A stretch of DNA of 64,000 bases from Octopus sinensis (taxonomy: Eukaryota), in contig NC_042999.1 in NCBI RefSeq assembly GCF_006345805.1, positions 112,654,001-112,718,000 of the forward strand, read 5' to 3'. Below are positions 12,292-25,300 of the stretch, piece by piece. The notes below the pieces were generated by a model. The model saw only the letters and a program-made list of their open reading frames with translations. It was not told the DNA's origin and made no database searches. Every line of letters begins with the position of its first letter. Positions within the stretch are counted from its first letter, which is position 1. A program made the position numbers and the translations under genes.

Positions 12292-13915
12292 TACCTCAAA
12301 TAGATGCACATATATATGCAACCATGCATGTACACGTATACAAATCCACACACATGTGCAGTTATATTCAAATACACACATGCGCATGCACACACACGAA
12401 CACGTAACCAGACGTGCAGTTATATTCAAATACACACACACACACACGTGCACATAACCATATGCGCAGTTATATTCAAATGCACGTCTAAAAAACATAC
12501 ATGCTATATATGCATATGCTTGCATACACTCGCATGGACTCCCAAGTACATATGCAACCATAAACATGTGCATATACATGTACATATATACATACCCACA
12601 CACAAAAATTTTATATACACATCTATATATGCACATGCACAAGAAAAATGCAGGGTGGAAGGTAAAATACAGGAAAAAAGTGTAAAAATATATAAAGCAA
12701 TAAAAATATAAAAATATATATTTATAAGTATGTAAAAAAAATATGTAAAAATATATAAGAAATATATATAAAAAGCAAGTTCTATCTGTGATCTTGGGAG
12801 GACCAAAAATGTAACAAATATTTAGCCACATGTGGATATGATCCAAAAAGTTCAGTTCTTGAATTTAGACATGCAGCGGGCTCTAAGTGGCTTTTCCAGA
12901 TGAGCCATCTTTCCATATCACAAAGACCACACTTATCACTGCCATTGGTGTAAGGCTTACATTTGGCTAAGATCTTCCAATGAATGTTGTAACTTACTGG
13001 GCACAGTTTCAACAAAGAAATAAGTGGGCCACTAAGGTTTTTGTTCCCCCGAAGATCACAGATAGAACTTTGCTTTTTATACTGTGTCCACATACAAGCT
13101 TTTTATCACTCTATACTTTTTATATATATTTCTTATATATTTTTTACATACTTATAAAGATATATTTTTATTGCTTTATATATTTTTACACTTTTTTTCC
13201 TGTATTTTACCTTCCGCCCTGCATTTTCCTTGTGCATGTGCGAATATAGATGTGTATATAAAATTTTTGTGCACGCGTGTGTGTGCATGCAGGTATGTAC
13301 ATGTATATGCACATGTGTATGGTTGCATATATATGTGGGAGTCCATGTGAGTGTAAGTGAGCATATGCATATATAACATGCATGTTTTTTAGACATGCAT
13401 TTGACTATAACTGTGTGCATATGGTTACATACACGTGTGTGTGTGTGTGTGTGCATGCGTGTATTTGAATACAACTGTGTGTGTATGGGTATATATGTGT
13501 AGATTTGTATATGTGTACATGCATGGTTGCATATATATGTGCATCTATTTGACGTATGTGTGGATGTGCATGTGTTTCATGCAAGTCTGAGCAAACATAT
13601 GCATATAGGCACATGTACATGGGTGTGCATGCGCACATGTGTATGTATGTATATGCACACACATGCGATTGCTATGAGCTTTCTTACTCCTTTACTTTTT
13701 ACTTCCTCCCCTTAGGTTTTTTCCATTATTTAACAGTCATTCTAATAGCTCTTTTGTCTCAATAACGGTCATTTACATAGTAATTTCCCTTTGTTTAATG
13801 GTCATTTTCATTGCATATTCTTAAGTGCCTCAATAACCGAAGATGTGCCGGTGCAGGTTTCCACCCCAACATCTGAAACTCTGAGTTTTATTATGGCAAC
13901 CAAATAATTGTCACA
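12292..13915 (-). mobile_element. Truncated Penelope-like element: GIY-YIG C-terminus between inverted pseudo-LTR copies
   Basis: ORF 12782-13093 contains YNIHWKILAKCKPYTNGSDKCGLCDMERWLI...LNSRTELF, typical of a Penelope endonuclease end. 12292-12803 and 13045-13556 are diverged inverted copies of each other. Confidence 0.75.
13832..13892 (+). ncRNA. Degenerate type I hammerhead ribozyme candidate
   Basis: AAUAA / CCGAAGA (U4 to C) / interrupted stem II / GAAA / ACUC-U-GAGU / U / UUAUU. Stem I and the palindromic stem III are intact; the core is mutated and there are 3 extra nt before GAAA. Confidence 0.4.
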
Positions 13916-14280
13916 TATATTACAAATATATATATATAGTTGACTGTTCTATTAAGGTAGGCTCAACAAAACAATTACTCCATCCAGTGAAAGATAAATA
14001 TCATTTAAATGATATTAAATGACATATATATATAATTTTTTTTCAAATCTCAGTAATGATTTCAAGAGTCAAGAATAAAGTATGTAAGACAGGCATAAAC
14101 AAAAATATTCTTAACTGAAATCAACAAAGTAAAATATAGATATATTTTGTTATACAGAATACACTGCATACATTCAAACAAACACAGATGTACACAGACA
14201 TTGTTGGAATGCTGTATCACAAACAGGTATATTTAATTGTAATCTCAGTCATATTTTTATACAGGCACATATATAAAAAG

Positions 14281-14314
<34 letters not shown>

Positions 14315-15033
14315 TTATGTATAGTTGCATAAATATACATATCAATTCATTAAAAAAATCCAATGCCATATATACATACTTGCATCATAACTACACACAG
14401 ACATATTCCCATTTAAGCTTACCAAGTCATATCCATTTAGAAATATATCTAAATACACACAATATACGTTCTCAGACATTGAGGACATGGAGGTGATGTG
14501 ACTTTCAATCATACACAAGTACATATGCTCTTACAGATAGCATCAAACACAACCCATGCACACAATTGACATCATACATAGCTAGAAACTTATAAGTAGA
14601 AATATCACACTGATCAGATCAGAGGGCCACAACCATTCACATCACATGCACATAGCCTGCAGCATAAACACAAAGAACAACAAATCACACCACATTACAA
14701 ATCTTATACACCACATAGCTCCATGTCACACACTGCCCTACACTACACATCACATGTATCACACAACACTACCCTAAACCAAATCACATACACACCATTC
14801 CCCTAGAACACAGTTCACCCCACATCACATACAATATAGCTGCATACTACATCCACCTATCCTACCACACTTTACTACACAAATCCTTGCACATCAGCAT
14901 ACTACACATAAGACTACACTGCACAATACATCACACATGCACAGTGCTACACATCCCACACTTCAGCATACTGTATTACATTACACCTCGCCACACCACA
15001 ACCATCCAAGAACAACTACAAGAAATCTCTGAC

Positions 15034-15577
15034 CTGTGTGTATGCGATGGTGCTGCTGTAGATGACAGAGTTGTTTGAAAGATTTATCACAATAGCTACA
15101 GTGGTATTTGCGTGCACCAGTGTGTACAAGATTATGCTGAATTAACTGTTGCTTGCTCTTAAAACCTTTAAAGCATGTTGGACAGGGAAATTTACGATAT
15201 AGCTTGTCGAGATTTTGTTCTCCTTCTCCAACTGTTTGTTCTCCAGGGTTCATGGATACAGGGTTATTTGCATCAGATGTTAGAGACATAGTAGCAGACT
15301 GGTTCCCAGATGTCATTGATGTCGCTGTTGAGGGCGTAACAATTGGAGCACATGGAAATTTGCGATACATTTTATCAATGTTGTTTCCATCCATATTCAT
15401 ATGTCTTGTTTCATTTGGCATGTTTGACCTCATGTTCATTGATGTATGGTTTGCACTTCCAGGAGCCATCGGCACATGAGTTCCAACTCCAGGAGTCATT
15501 GAAGATAAGACGGAGCGGGATGAGGAATTAGTTCGATTTTGTTGGCCCCCTTGAGAGTGGCACTCAGATTCTGCCAT
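15034..15577 (-). CDS. C2H2 zinc-finger transcription factor (ZNF384/ZNF362/lin-29/rotund-like), coding exon 1 (fingers 1-2)
   Basis: The ORF encodes CPTCFKGFKSKQQLIQHNLVH-TGARKYH-CSYCDKSFKQLCHLQQHHRIH-TG. Acceptor ttattgcag lies just upstream of 15592. Phase-1 donor ACAG|GTCAGA follows 15034. An in-frame TGA 15 nt upstream supports ATG 15577 as the start. Family assignment rests on recalled finger motifs (QLxHLQQH, xxCxxxFxQLSNLQxH), not a search. Confidence 0.9.
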
Positions 15578-15715
15578 TCCTCCAGAACATCACTGCAATA
15601 ATAAAATTTAAAATGAAACACACTGCTTAACCAATAAAAATCAGGCAAATTATTATTTAAAAAAAGCAAAAAATATTTAAAATATAATTATATATATATA
15701 TATTATATATATATA

Positions 15716-15746
<31 letters not shown>

Positions 15747-17022
15747 CATACATACATATACGCACACACACATATAATCTTGTGGTTACGAAGTTTATTT
15801 CTCAACTATGTGGTTTTGATTCCACTGTGCAGATCCTTGGGCAAGTGTATCTCTGCCACAGATTAATCAAAGCCTTATGAATAAAATTTGGGAGATGGAT
15901 ACTGTGTATATCAGCACAGACTGAACAAAAATAAAGAGGTAGTTAATTTCGATTAGGTTATCACCTTTTACTTCAAGCACAGCTTGCCAATGATACAATA
16001 AGTATTAGACAAAGTACTGGGATTGACATAACCAACAAAAACCCTTAAAAAATATAGTGGATGTTGCCAAGAACACTTAAACATGAAATAAATGTACTTA
16101 TTCTTCAATGACATAAACTGAGTACTGTACCTTTACTAAGAGTTTAAAGTAATTATATCCACCATTAAAAATACTATTTTTGTCATCTATCATAGTATAA
16201 TAACTTCGATAAAAGTCAAAATATGTTTTTTGGCAAAGATAAGTTAAAGGCAAATATAATCAGCTAATCATTTCTCAATTCTTGACAATGACATGTCTGG
16301 ATTCAATTGCTGAAAAAATGATTTTTAAATTGAAATGAAACTCTATTTTCTTTCCACATCTCATGTCTTCCTCTCAGTACAAAAATGTATTTCCATCCAA
16401 CTCATTTCTGATTCACAATATTTTATACAGAATAGTATCTTTTCATGATTTAACAGAATTATGCCTACCACTTTTGGGTGCATATTTTTCATGGCTCTGG
16501 CAAAACAAGATCACTTAATAGAGTAGAACAACAGTACTGAGGGGGGGTTGTCACCTGATACCATGCTTGCACATGGCATGAATAGCTCTGACCAGCCATT
16601 CATGTGATCCTAGATTCTGCAGCAACAACCAGATTATGGAGCAAGGGAAGTAGTTCAATTTTGTCTAAGTTAACCATTATAATTCTGTTATTTATAAACA
16701 TTTCTCAGCTAACTAATTCAGTTTGTTTCAAGGAGGTTGTAAATGATTAGGTCATCTCCTTAACACAAGCCCATAGCATATTTCCAGGTGGGAAGATGAA
16801 AGAAAACTGAATAGTATTGTATATGTTTCAGGATACAATTTCATAGGTCATGCTCAGAAGAGAATTAATAATCACATAATCACATAAGCACTAAGCATTT
16901 TTTTGCTTTAAATTTGAAAGGTAACATTGTGCAGCAGCTTCTGATAGTACAGCTCATGGACAACCAGCATCTTGTAAGTAGATGTGGTAGATAAAACTTT
17001 GCAGAAGCCTACTGTGTGTGCA

Positions 17023-17059
<37 letters not shown>

Positions 17060-18888
17060 TATGATTATATATATGTATGTGTATCATGTTTGCCTCTCAA
17101 TACTTGACAAATGGTGTTGGTTTGTTTACATCCCCACAAGTTAGTGATTCAACAGAAAAAAGAGAAGGACTGGTACAATAAGTACCAAACTTAAATAAGT
17201 AGTAGAATCGATTTTATTACCTAAACTCTTCAAACGTGTGCCCCAGCAAGGCCACAGTTTAATGACTACAAAAAGTAAAAGAGTAAAATAATAAAAGAAT
17301 TCAAACCTATAAGTTAATGTCTTCAGGTCATACAGTATATGTATATACAATACACCATCTGTTGCTGGTACAGATGATGTAGAATAATGCTTAATAACTT
17401 TATATGTAATACATCATAAGTAAATTTGCCCTGTTATATAATAGACATACTTAGTTCATTTGTACTAAAAGCTTATTTTACTTGGTATTTTTGTTCTCTG
17501 TGATCTAATCTAAGCACTTTAATTAAGTCGTTAATTTTAAAATCACTATTTGAATAGCTTTATTAAAGTGTGCCTTGAAACAACTGAAATATGATGCTTG
17601 TACACTATATTGCACAATGAGGGCATTATGCAGCTAATGCAAACAAACACAAAACCCAGATCAGTCACTCAACATTCCATACAAATGCAGTTTAGATGTT
17701 AAGCCTGGTCATGTAGTGTGAACAGTATCCCCCGGCTGTGATGTAGTCACTAAAACCAAAAACTATATCATAATTGTTCAACATTTCTTACATCTTGAAT
17801 GTAAACACAAACTTATACAAATAACTGAATAACACTGAAAATGTAATGAAACAAATTCCTCCACATAGCAGCGGGGATGGATAGATGTATAATTGGTAGA
17901 ACATCAGAGAACATGCCTTGTGATATTTGTTTATGCCCCTTCCATTCTGAGTTCAAATCATGTAGAGATCAACTTTTCTAGTCATCCTTCCAGTGAAATG
18001 CTTTTTATACAGTTCCCAGGTAATGGTAGGATGGGAAGGCATAATCAAGTATACTCCTAAAAGCAATATTCCCAGCATGACCACAATCCAATGAAATATA
18101 AAAAAAGAATATAAAAATAATATAACTCAGCAACAAATCTCATCATAATACAAGAAAGACCTCATCAAATTATAGGAGCAGTTCTTTCCTCCCCTGAGAT
18201 TAGTTATCTTAGGGGAGGAAAAGGTCTGCTATGATGGATTGCAACCATATTTCAATGGCCCACCAAAACACCAACATCAGCTTAAAAATGAAAGAGCATA
18301 TTAATGACTGCATGAATGAAGGTTTTTAGAAGACATTAATAAGCATGAGCAACCAGTGAAGAAGTGGGTTTTTGAATGCATATAACAGTTGTTTGGCAAT
18401 GCTCTGTAAGATCAGTCTATGACAGTTGCTTGGAGAATATGCAGATACCTGTTGTCTTCCAAATGTAAAACATCAGTAACTTACAGAAAATCCAAGTTTC
18501 AATCTGTAAAAAAACTGCACAAACAATGCCTGGAAGACATGGATTTTTGTGTAGAATTTGATCCCCTTTCAGAACCATAGGCTTTAAGCTTATATACATA
18601 ATTATTTCATTCTTCAATGGGCCATTGATAACAAAGAATAGCCCAGTAAAACATATTTATCCACCAGATCATCAAACTGTTTCAGACCAGAAAGTCCAAT
18701 TAAGGAAGAATGAGAGACTGCTGATCTGTTCCTAAAAAATACATTCTAAATGTTCAAGAGAAATTTACTTTACTTACTTACTTTACAGTTATAAATCATT
18801 CAGAGTCAATAAAATAACTAACAATAATAAATACTAGAACAGGCTACATCTCTTCCTCAACAAAATATGACCTACTGATAGGCTAAAC

Positions 18889-18979
<91 letters not shown>

Positions 18980-19402
18980 GTGAAAACAGTGAATGGCTCC
19001 GTAGAGCCCCAAACTGAATGCCTTATTATATTTAGTTATGTCCCTTTACATTCTGAACTCAAATGCAATGAGGTTGACTTTGTCATTCATCTTTCTAAGA
19101 TCCATAAAATAATTACCAGCCAATTTAATCAACTACACTTTCTCTAAAAATATCTGGTTTCGAGCTAATGTTAAATGCTAGAAATTATTATTATTACTAT
19201 TATTATTATTATTGTTGTTGTTGTTGTTGTTGATATTAATAATTATCCTTTCTACTATAGACACAAGGCCTGAAATTTGGTGGTGGCTGGGAACCCTGGC
19301 AGAACGTAAAAACAGACAGAATGCTGCTAAGCATTTTATCAAACATGCTAATGATTCTAGCAGCTCACTGCCTTGAAGAAAAAAAAAAGAAAAATAATAA
19401 TA

Positions 19403-19445
<43 letters not shown>

Positions 19446-20995
19446 TTTTTTATGTCTTTGTTGCCCATATGGGACTAAACACAGAGGGCAGAGGGGACAA
19501 ACAAGGACAGACAAAGGGATTAAGTCGATTATATCAACCCCAGTACGTAACTCGTACTTATTTAATCAACCCCGAAAGGATGAAAGGCAAAGTTGACCTC
19601 GGAGGAATTTGAACTCAGAACGTAGCAGCAGACAAAATACCGCTAAGCATTTCACCCAGTGTGCTAACGTTTCTGCCAGCTCTGCCAGTGTCGCATAACT
19701 GGCCCATTTAAAAGTACCCTTCAATCATCTGGCAATATGCTGTGCTTGAGAAGACCTGTTGAGTCAAGTGAAATCATAGTCGTGGCCAATGTCAGTGTCA
19801 CCTGACTGAGACTCATGCCGGTGGCACATAAAAAGCACCATTCGAGCATGACCGATGCCAGTGCTGCCTGACTGGCACCTGTGCCAGTGACACATAAAAA
19901 GCACCATTCAATGCCAATAGTGCTTGACTGAAAAAGCACCCACTACACTCTCAGAGTGGTTGACGTTAGGAAGGGCATCCAGCTGTAGAAACCTTGCCAG
20001 ACCAAATTGGAGTCTGGTGCAGCTTTCTGCCTTGCCAGTCCTCAGTCAAACCATCCAACCCATGCTAGCATAGAAAGCGGACATTAAACAACGACGATGA
20101 CAACGGCGGCGGCGGCGACGACGACTATTATTATTATTATTATTATTTAATTATTTCACAATACAAATATCTATTATATCATGAAATTTACCATTTTCTG
20201 CTTCAAGTGCATATAGCGTCTTTCACATTTTATTTATTCTTTTAGTATGTGTCCCTTTATGTCTCTTTAATTTTACTATAATCCTAGAGTTTTTCATATG
20301 TGTGCAGTAATATTTCATATAAGAGTGCTGTTTTTGTATGTGACATAGGATAATCTTAGTTTAGAATATATTTCTATAATTTTTATCAAACTTAGAGCTC
20401 CTAGCATTACTTGAATGTTATAAGTTTTCAATTTTATTTATTTCTAAGTATTTTCTCCATTTATTTCCATCCTTCTCTACTAGACAATTACTCTCGACTC
20501 TCCAAAGTGTTGTCGTATGTTAGGATTTAAACTTCTACAAACACATTTTTTTTTTATGTCTAGGATCCTCAATATCTGGATCAATCAAATGGTGATAAAA
20601 TACTGGCATTAATACTGTGCCTAAGAAATATTCTGTGGCAATACTATAGTACTATAGTAAATGAAAACTAATAAATAAAAACAATGAAGTTTCAATTATC
20701 TGAACTATCATTTAATGATGGAAGAGTGAATAAACTTATTAAGGACATTGTACCCAATCAATTAGCAATCACTACCCAAGGACACCGACCAGATTTGGAA
20801 GACTTAAAGAAATCTTTTAGATAACAGCCCAATCCTCTGCTTGGTAGCTATAAAAAATTTTGTATGACCACTGTGAAGTAGCTTCGGGTCAAGGACATGT
20901 CTAAGCAGCATAGAATATGATGAATGCACTATCAAGTACTGAGCAATTTAAATAGTACTTTATTTACTTAGTATGTGGTTTTTATGGTTGCTTAA

Positions 20996-21180
20996 CCCTT
21001 TTAGCTTTTAAACCAGCCATTTCCAGCCAAAATATTCTCCTTATTCTCCTTGTTTTATATTCAAATTGGCTCACGCCAACCCTACAATGTTAGTCTAAAA
21101 GTATAGTCACATAATTGAAATTTCAAAGTTACAAGATAACACAATAAATTCAAAACAAGAATAATTTGAATGCTCAAGGA
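20996..21180. mobile_element. Decayed piggyBac-type MITE
   Basis: TTAA|CCCTTTTAGC ... TGCTCAAGGA|TTAA. Confidence 0.55.
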
Positions 21181-22045
21181 TTAAGCAGTTAAAAATTTAC
21201 TGTTCTAAGTTCTGGCACTTGCTGTGAAATATTAGAATTATTGCTCTTAATGTCCCACTCTTGTGAGAAGTTAGACATTAATTTCATTAGCAATCATTTT
21301 GCATAACTGAATGTGAGTATGCATTTTAAAAATTCTATATTTTAATAATGGTGCCCCAAAATGCCATAGCCTCCTGAGGATGGAACATATAAAGGAATAA
21401 AAGAATACAAGAAGTCAAACTAGAAATATTGACCCTTTTCTCAATCACAAAGATTAAAAGGAACAGATCTTATTGCCAATTTTCACAGAGTTAAATACAT
21501 GAGAGAGATATGGGTTACCTTAAAAAAGGAAATTAATATACATCAGGTATACACAGTATAAAAAAATTGTACTCAGTACAACAAGCTCCACAGAACTACA
21601 ATTGCTTACAGTGGTAAACTATATCACTTTATCAGTGCTTAAAGCAAGGTGAACTCTGTCATTGAGAGCTAAATACCTTGACCACAAAGCAGTGCTGGTG
21701 ACAGAGCATTAACTGCTAACCACTCTTTCTCCTCAATGTTGTTCAATACATATACATACCCAACTATTTATGGTTTCTATATTCAAGTTTGTAATGTCAA
21801 ACTAATTATGATACCATCCCAAATGTAAATAAAACAGACAACAGTTCAATGAATTCACTTGCACAATGTTAAAGCTAACAATTCCTCATCAAACAAGAAG
21901 GATTTATAGTTAAGTCCTTACCTCACATACAAATTAACTGCATGAGAAATTCTATGAGAAATTTCCATGTACTTTGAAGAGAAATGTAATTAAGAAAAAC
22001 TGAATAACTGAAAGCTTACTAATATAGACATAGGGCAATGTTTAA

Positions 22046-22353
22046 CCCCTTACCTGGCAGAAACGAATATATGCGTTTTGACAGAAATCGTTTTTTTCTA
22101 TCTCTGGCAAGTTAACTCGTCAAAAGATAGACTCGCCAAAATCAACAGCAAACGAGTTCCTTCGTCTAAAAACAGGTTAACTCGTTTCTGCCCAAAGTGG
22201 TAATTTAAAATCAATATTATTGAATTAAAATTCATAATAAATAAGGTTTGAAATATACCTTGAAATCACCATTCAAAACATAGTAAAATAAAACAATTAA
22301 AAAATATGTCTGAAAAAATACATTTATTTTCAAAATAATTGTTGGGTAAGGGG
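22046..22353. mobile_element. piggyBac-type MITE
   Basis: TTAA|CCCCTTACC ... GGTAAGGGG|TTAA, with an internal inverted repeat AACGAGTT...AACTCGTT. Confidence 0.8.
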
Positions 22354-25300
22354 TTAAAATGTTTGAAAATTAAGTTCTTAATGAACCGTAACAGTGTTTT
22401 GGCAATAAATTATTGATATGATTAACAAACAAAAATGCTTGATAATTATTTGACCATATGTATATGATATATAAACACTTAGCTTAGCTTGATTCGTGAA
22501 ATACTTTTTTTAAAAAGTGTATAGATGTCAACATGGTGGATAAATATTCAGAAATAAAACCAAATAAATCATTTTAACATAAATGAATAACCATACTAAC
22601 TAAATTACTACATCAATCAACCTTTTTATTACTAGTTTCTCATTAATATGTAATCTCCTTAATTGAAAATAAAATAAACTTTACCAAAGCCTAATTGAAA
22701 GAAGTAAGTGTTCTCATCAGTTTAATCAACTGCTCTCAATGCTACTCAATAACAATCCATTTCATCTAACTTCTCACTTCAACATCTTTGTTAGTTAACC
22801 TTGCCAGCATTCATGTCATGTTTCAAAATCATTTGAACTCAAATCATATTTAATAGAAGAATCAGAACTGCTATGCATTAAGTGAATTTGTTTTATCTGC
22901 CTTCAGTGAAGTCCATACTAGTGAGGCAAGTTTTATCATCTCATATAATGCTCTACTTTTGATATCCTTCAGTTTGATAGCTCCCATTTAGAACTACTAT
23001 TTTTTTGTCTGGTGATATCCAGAGAGGAAGCTCTCTGAATGAATCTTTCATTTGTTCATCTCCCTGTTGAAATACTGCCGTCCATTAACATTTACACTTT
23101 CCACAATAAGCTACTTCAACAGAAAATTATAAGAAAAGACCCAAGAATCTTAGCCGACAAGGAAGTGATGCTTTTATGTATTTTTTATTTTTCTTTAATT
23201 GTTTTTAATGGTTAAATCTTCTAGGAGACCTCTGAAATTTGAGGAGGAAATGGAAAAAGAGACAGATTCATAAGGTTCTCCTCAACCCAGACTCTTGTCA
23301 GAATAATTGCAATAGAGTGGACTCTTTCTAATGATGGGTAGTTGGTGGTGTTAAACTGATCAGCAACAGAATAAGTTTATACCACCTAAGAAAAACTACA
23401 GTCCATTTGACAAGCTTTTGCATAGTTTCCATCTAACCAATTTCACTCATAAGACTTTCGTTGACCCGAAGCTGTGATAAAAGAAACTTACATAAAGTAG
23501 TATGTAATGGATTCAAACTTAGAACCATGCCATACCTGCATTCATTATGCACAAAAAGTGGTTAGTTTGACCATCAAAATGCTCTGCAATAACTACCATT
23601 GTAATAACAGCTGTCACATTTTTATACATTTATCACTATCTGAGACCTGTAAATTGTGATACAGCTGAACTGGGTCTTCTGCCTAAGATCGTTAAGTTGA
23701 GACACTGTTTTACCAACATCTACCAAAATCTTTTACTAATTGAGATCTAGGGCCTTTCACTTTCTGTGACATGTAAGTAGGGACACCATTTAATAGCACC
23801 CTACTAAAATAACAACAATGGTTTCAAATTTTAGCACAATATCAGCAATTTTAGAGGGCTAAGTCAATTACATTCCCTCACCCACCCATTACCTGACTGG
23901 TACTTATTTCATATATCCTGAAAGGATGAAAAGCAAAGTCAATTTTGGCAGAATCTGAACTCAGAACATAAAGAGCTTGAAGAAATGCTACTAAACATTT
24001 TGTCCAATCTGCCAACAATTTTGTTAGCTCAACACCTTAATAATAATTTTTTAACACAGACACAAGGTCACTAATTAGAAGGGAGGATAGAATCAATAAT
24101 ATTGATATCAGTTCTTGGTTGGTAATTTATATATCAATCCTCAGAGAATTAAAAAGCAAGATTAACCTCGATGATATTGGAACTTTGGAAATAAAGGAAT
24201 ATAAATAACCCATGCAGGACATTTTACCTGACGCTCAACTGCTTTTGTTACCCTCTGCTAATAATAATAATTGTTTCGAAAACAGTCATAAAGCCTGAAA
24301 TTTTCAGGTATAGGGTTCATCAATTAAATTGGTTCTAATATTTAACTAGTACTTTATTCCATCAACCCCAAATGGATGGATGAAAGGTAAAGTTGATCTC
24401 AGCTAGAATTTAACTCATAACTACATATTGCAACTCATTATTTATCTCTCTGATTAGACAGTCAAATTTGAAGACACAAAGTATATTCAACTGAATATAT
24501 ATATATTCATCATCATCACCATTTAAGTCCAATTTTCCTTGCTTGGATGGGTCAGGTGGAATTTGTTAAGGCAGATTTTCTATAGCCAGATGCCCTTCCC
24601 ATCACCAACCCTAAACTGTATCACAATTTACAGGTCTCAGATAGTGATAAATATATAAAAATGTGACAGCTCTGTTATTTCAATGGTGGCAATTGCAGAG
24701 CATTTTGATGGTCAAACTAACCACTGGTAATATCTTCTCATAGCTAGACAAGCTTTTCATGGAAATGAACAACCTCTCATGTATGACAATGGCAGTGGTA
24801 GTAGTTGATATTTCCGGGTCAATTCTATTTTGACTAGGGATAAGATATTTTCCTTCATAAAATTTCAATCTCTGAAGAGGTAATGAACTGAGTTCCTATA
24901 AATAGCTGCTAAATCTCCCTGGATCATAACCTACCATTTTAGAAAAGAAAGCAATCATGTATCCAGATAATGTAGTCATGAATACAGTAAACTTGAAACA
25001 AAGATAGGACTGTCAAAGCTTGAACATCCTTCATCATAGGTCTGTTATATCAGGGTTGATCTGAACTAAACAACAACAACAGTCATATAACTGAGGAAAA
25101 ATCTTTAGTAAAAGAATCTTTAGTTACTCAAGTTACAAAATGATAGACAATCTGAATAGCTAGCTAGTTTGAAGTTCTGATCATTTTATTGGAATGTAGA
25201 GCCATAAGATTTTTGATGGGTAGGGTCAAATATAATCAGACTATAAGTAAAGTATCCCTAAAGAACAAAATGTGTTGTTCTTATTCGCAAAACTAGACAT

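Noticed and set aside
12256-13765. Cluster of 60-196 aa ORFs on both strands
   Set aside because: They arise from (CA/TA)-rich low-complexity pseudo-LTR sequence. Only the GIY-YIG fragment is meaningful.
18250-18720. Coding-like decayed sequence
   Set aside because: No frame gave a recognisable motif, so it cannot be assigned.
22860-23090. About 75-codon stop-free minus-strand stretch (WTAVFQQGDEQMKDSFRELPLW...)
   Set aside because: I recognise no domain or convincing splice sites, and it is bounded by stops; it may be old transposon debris.
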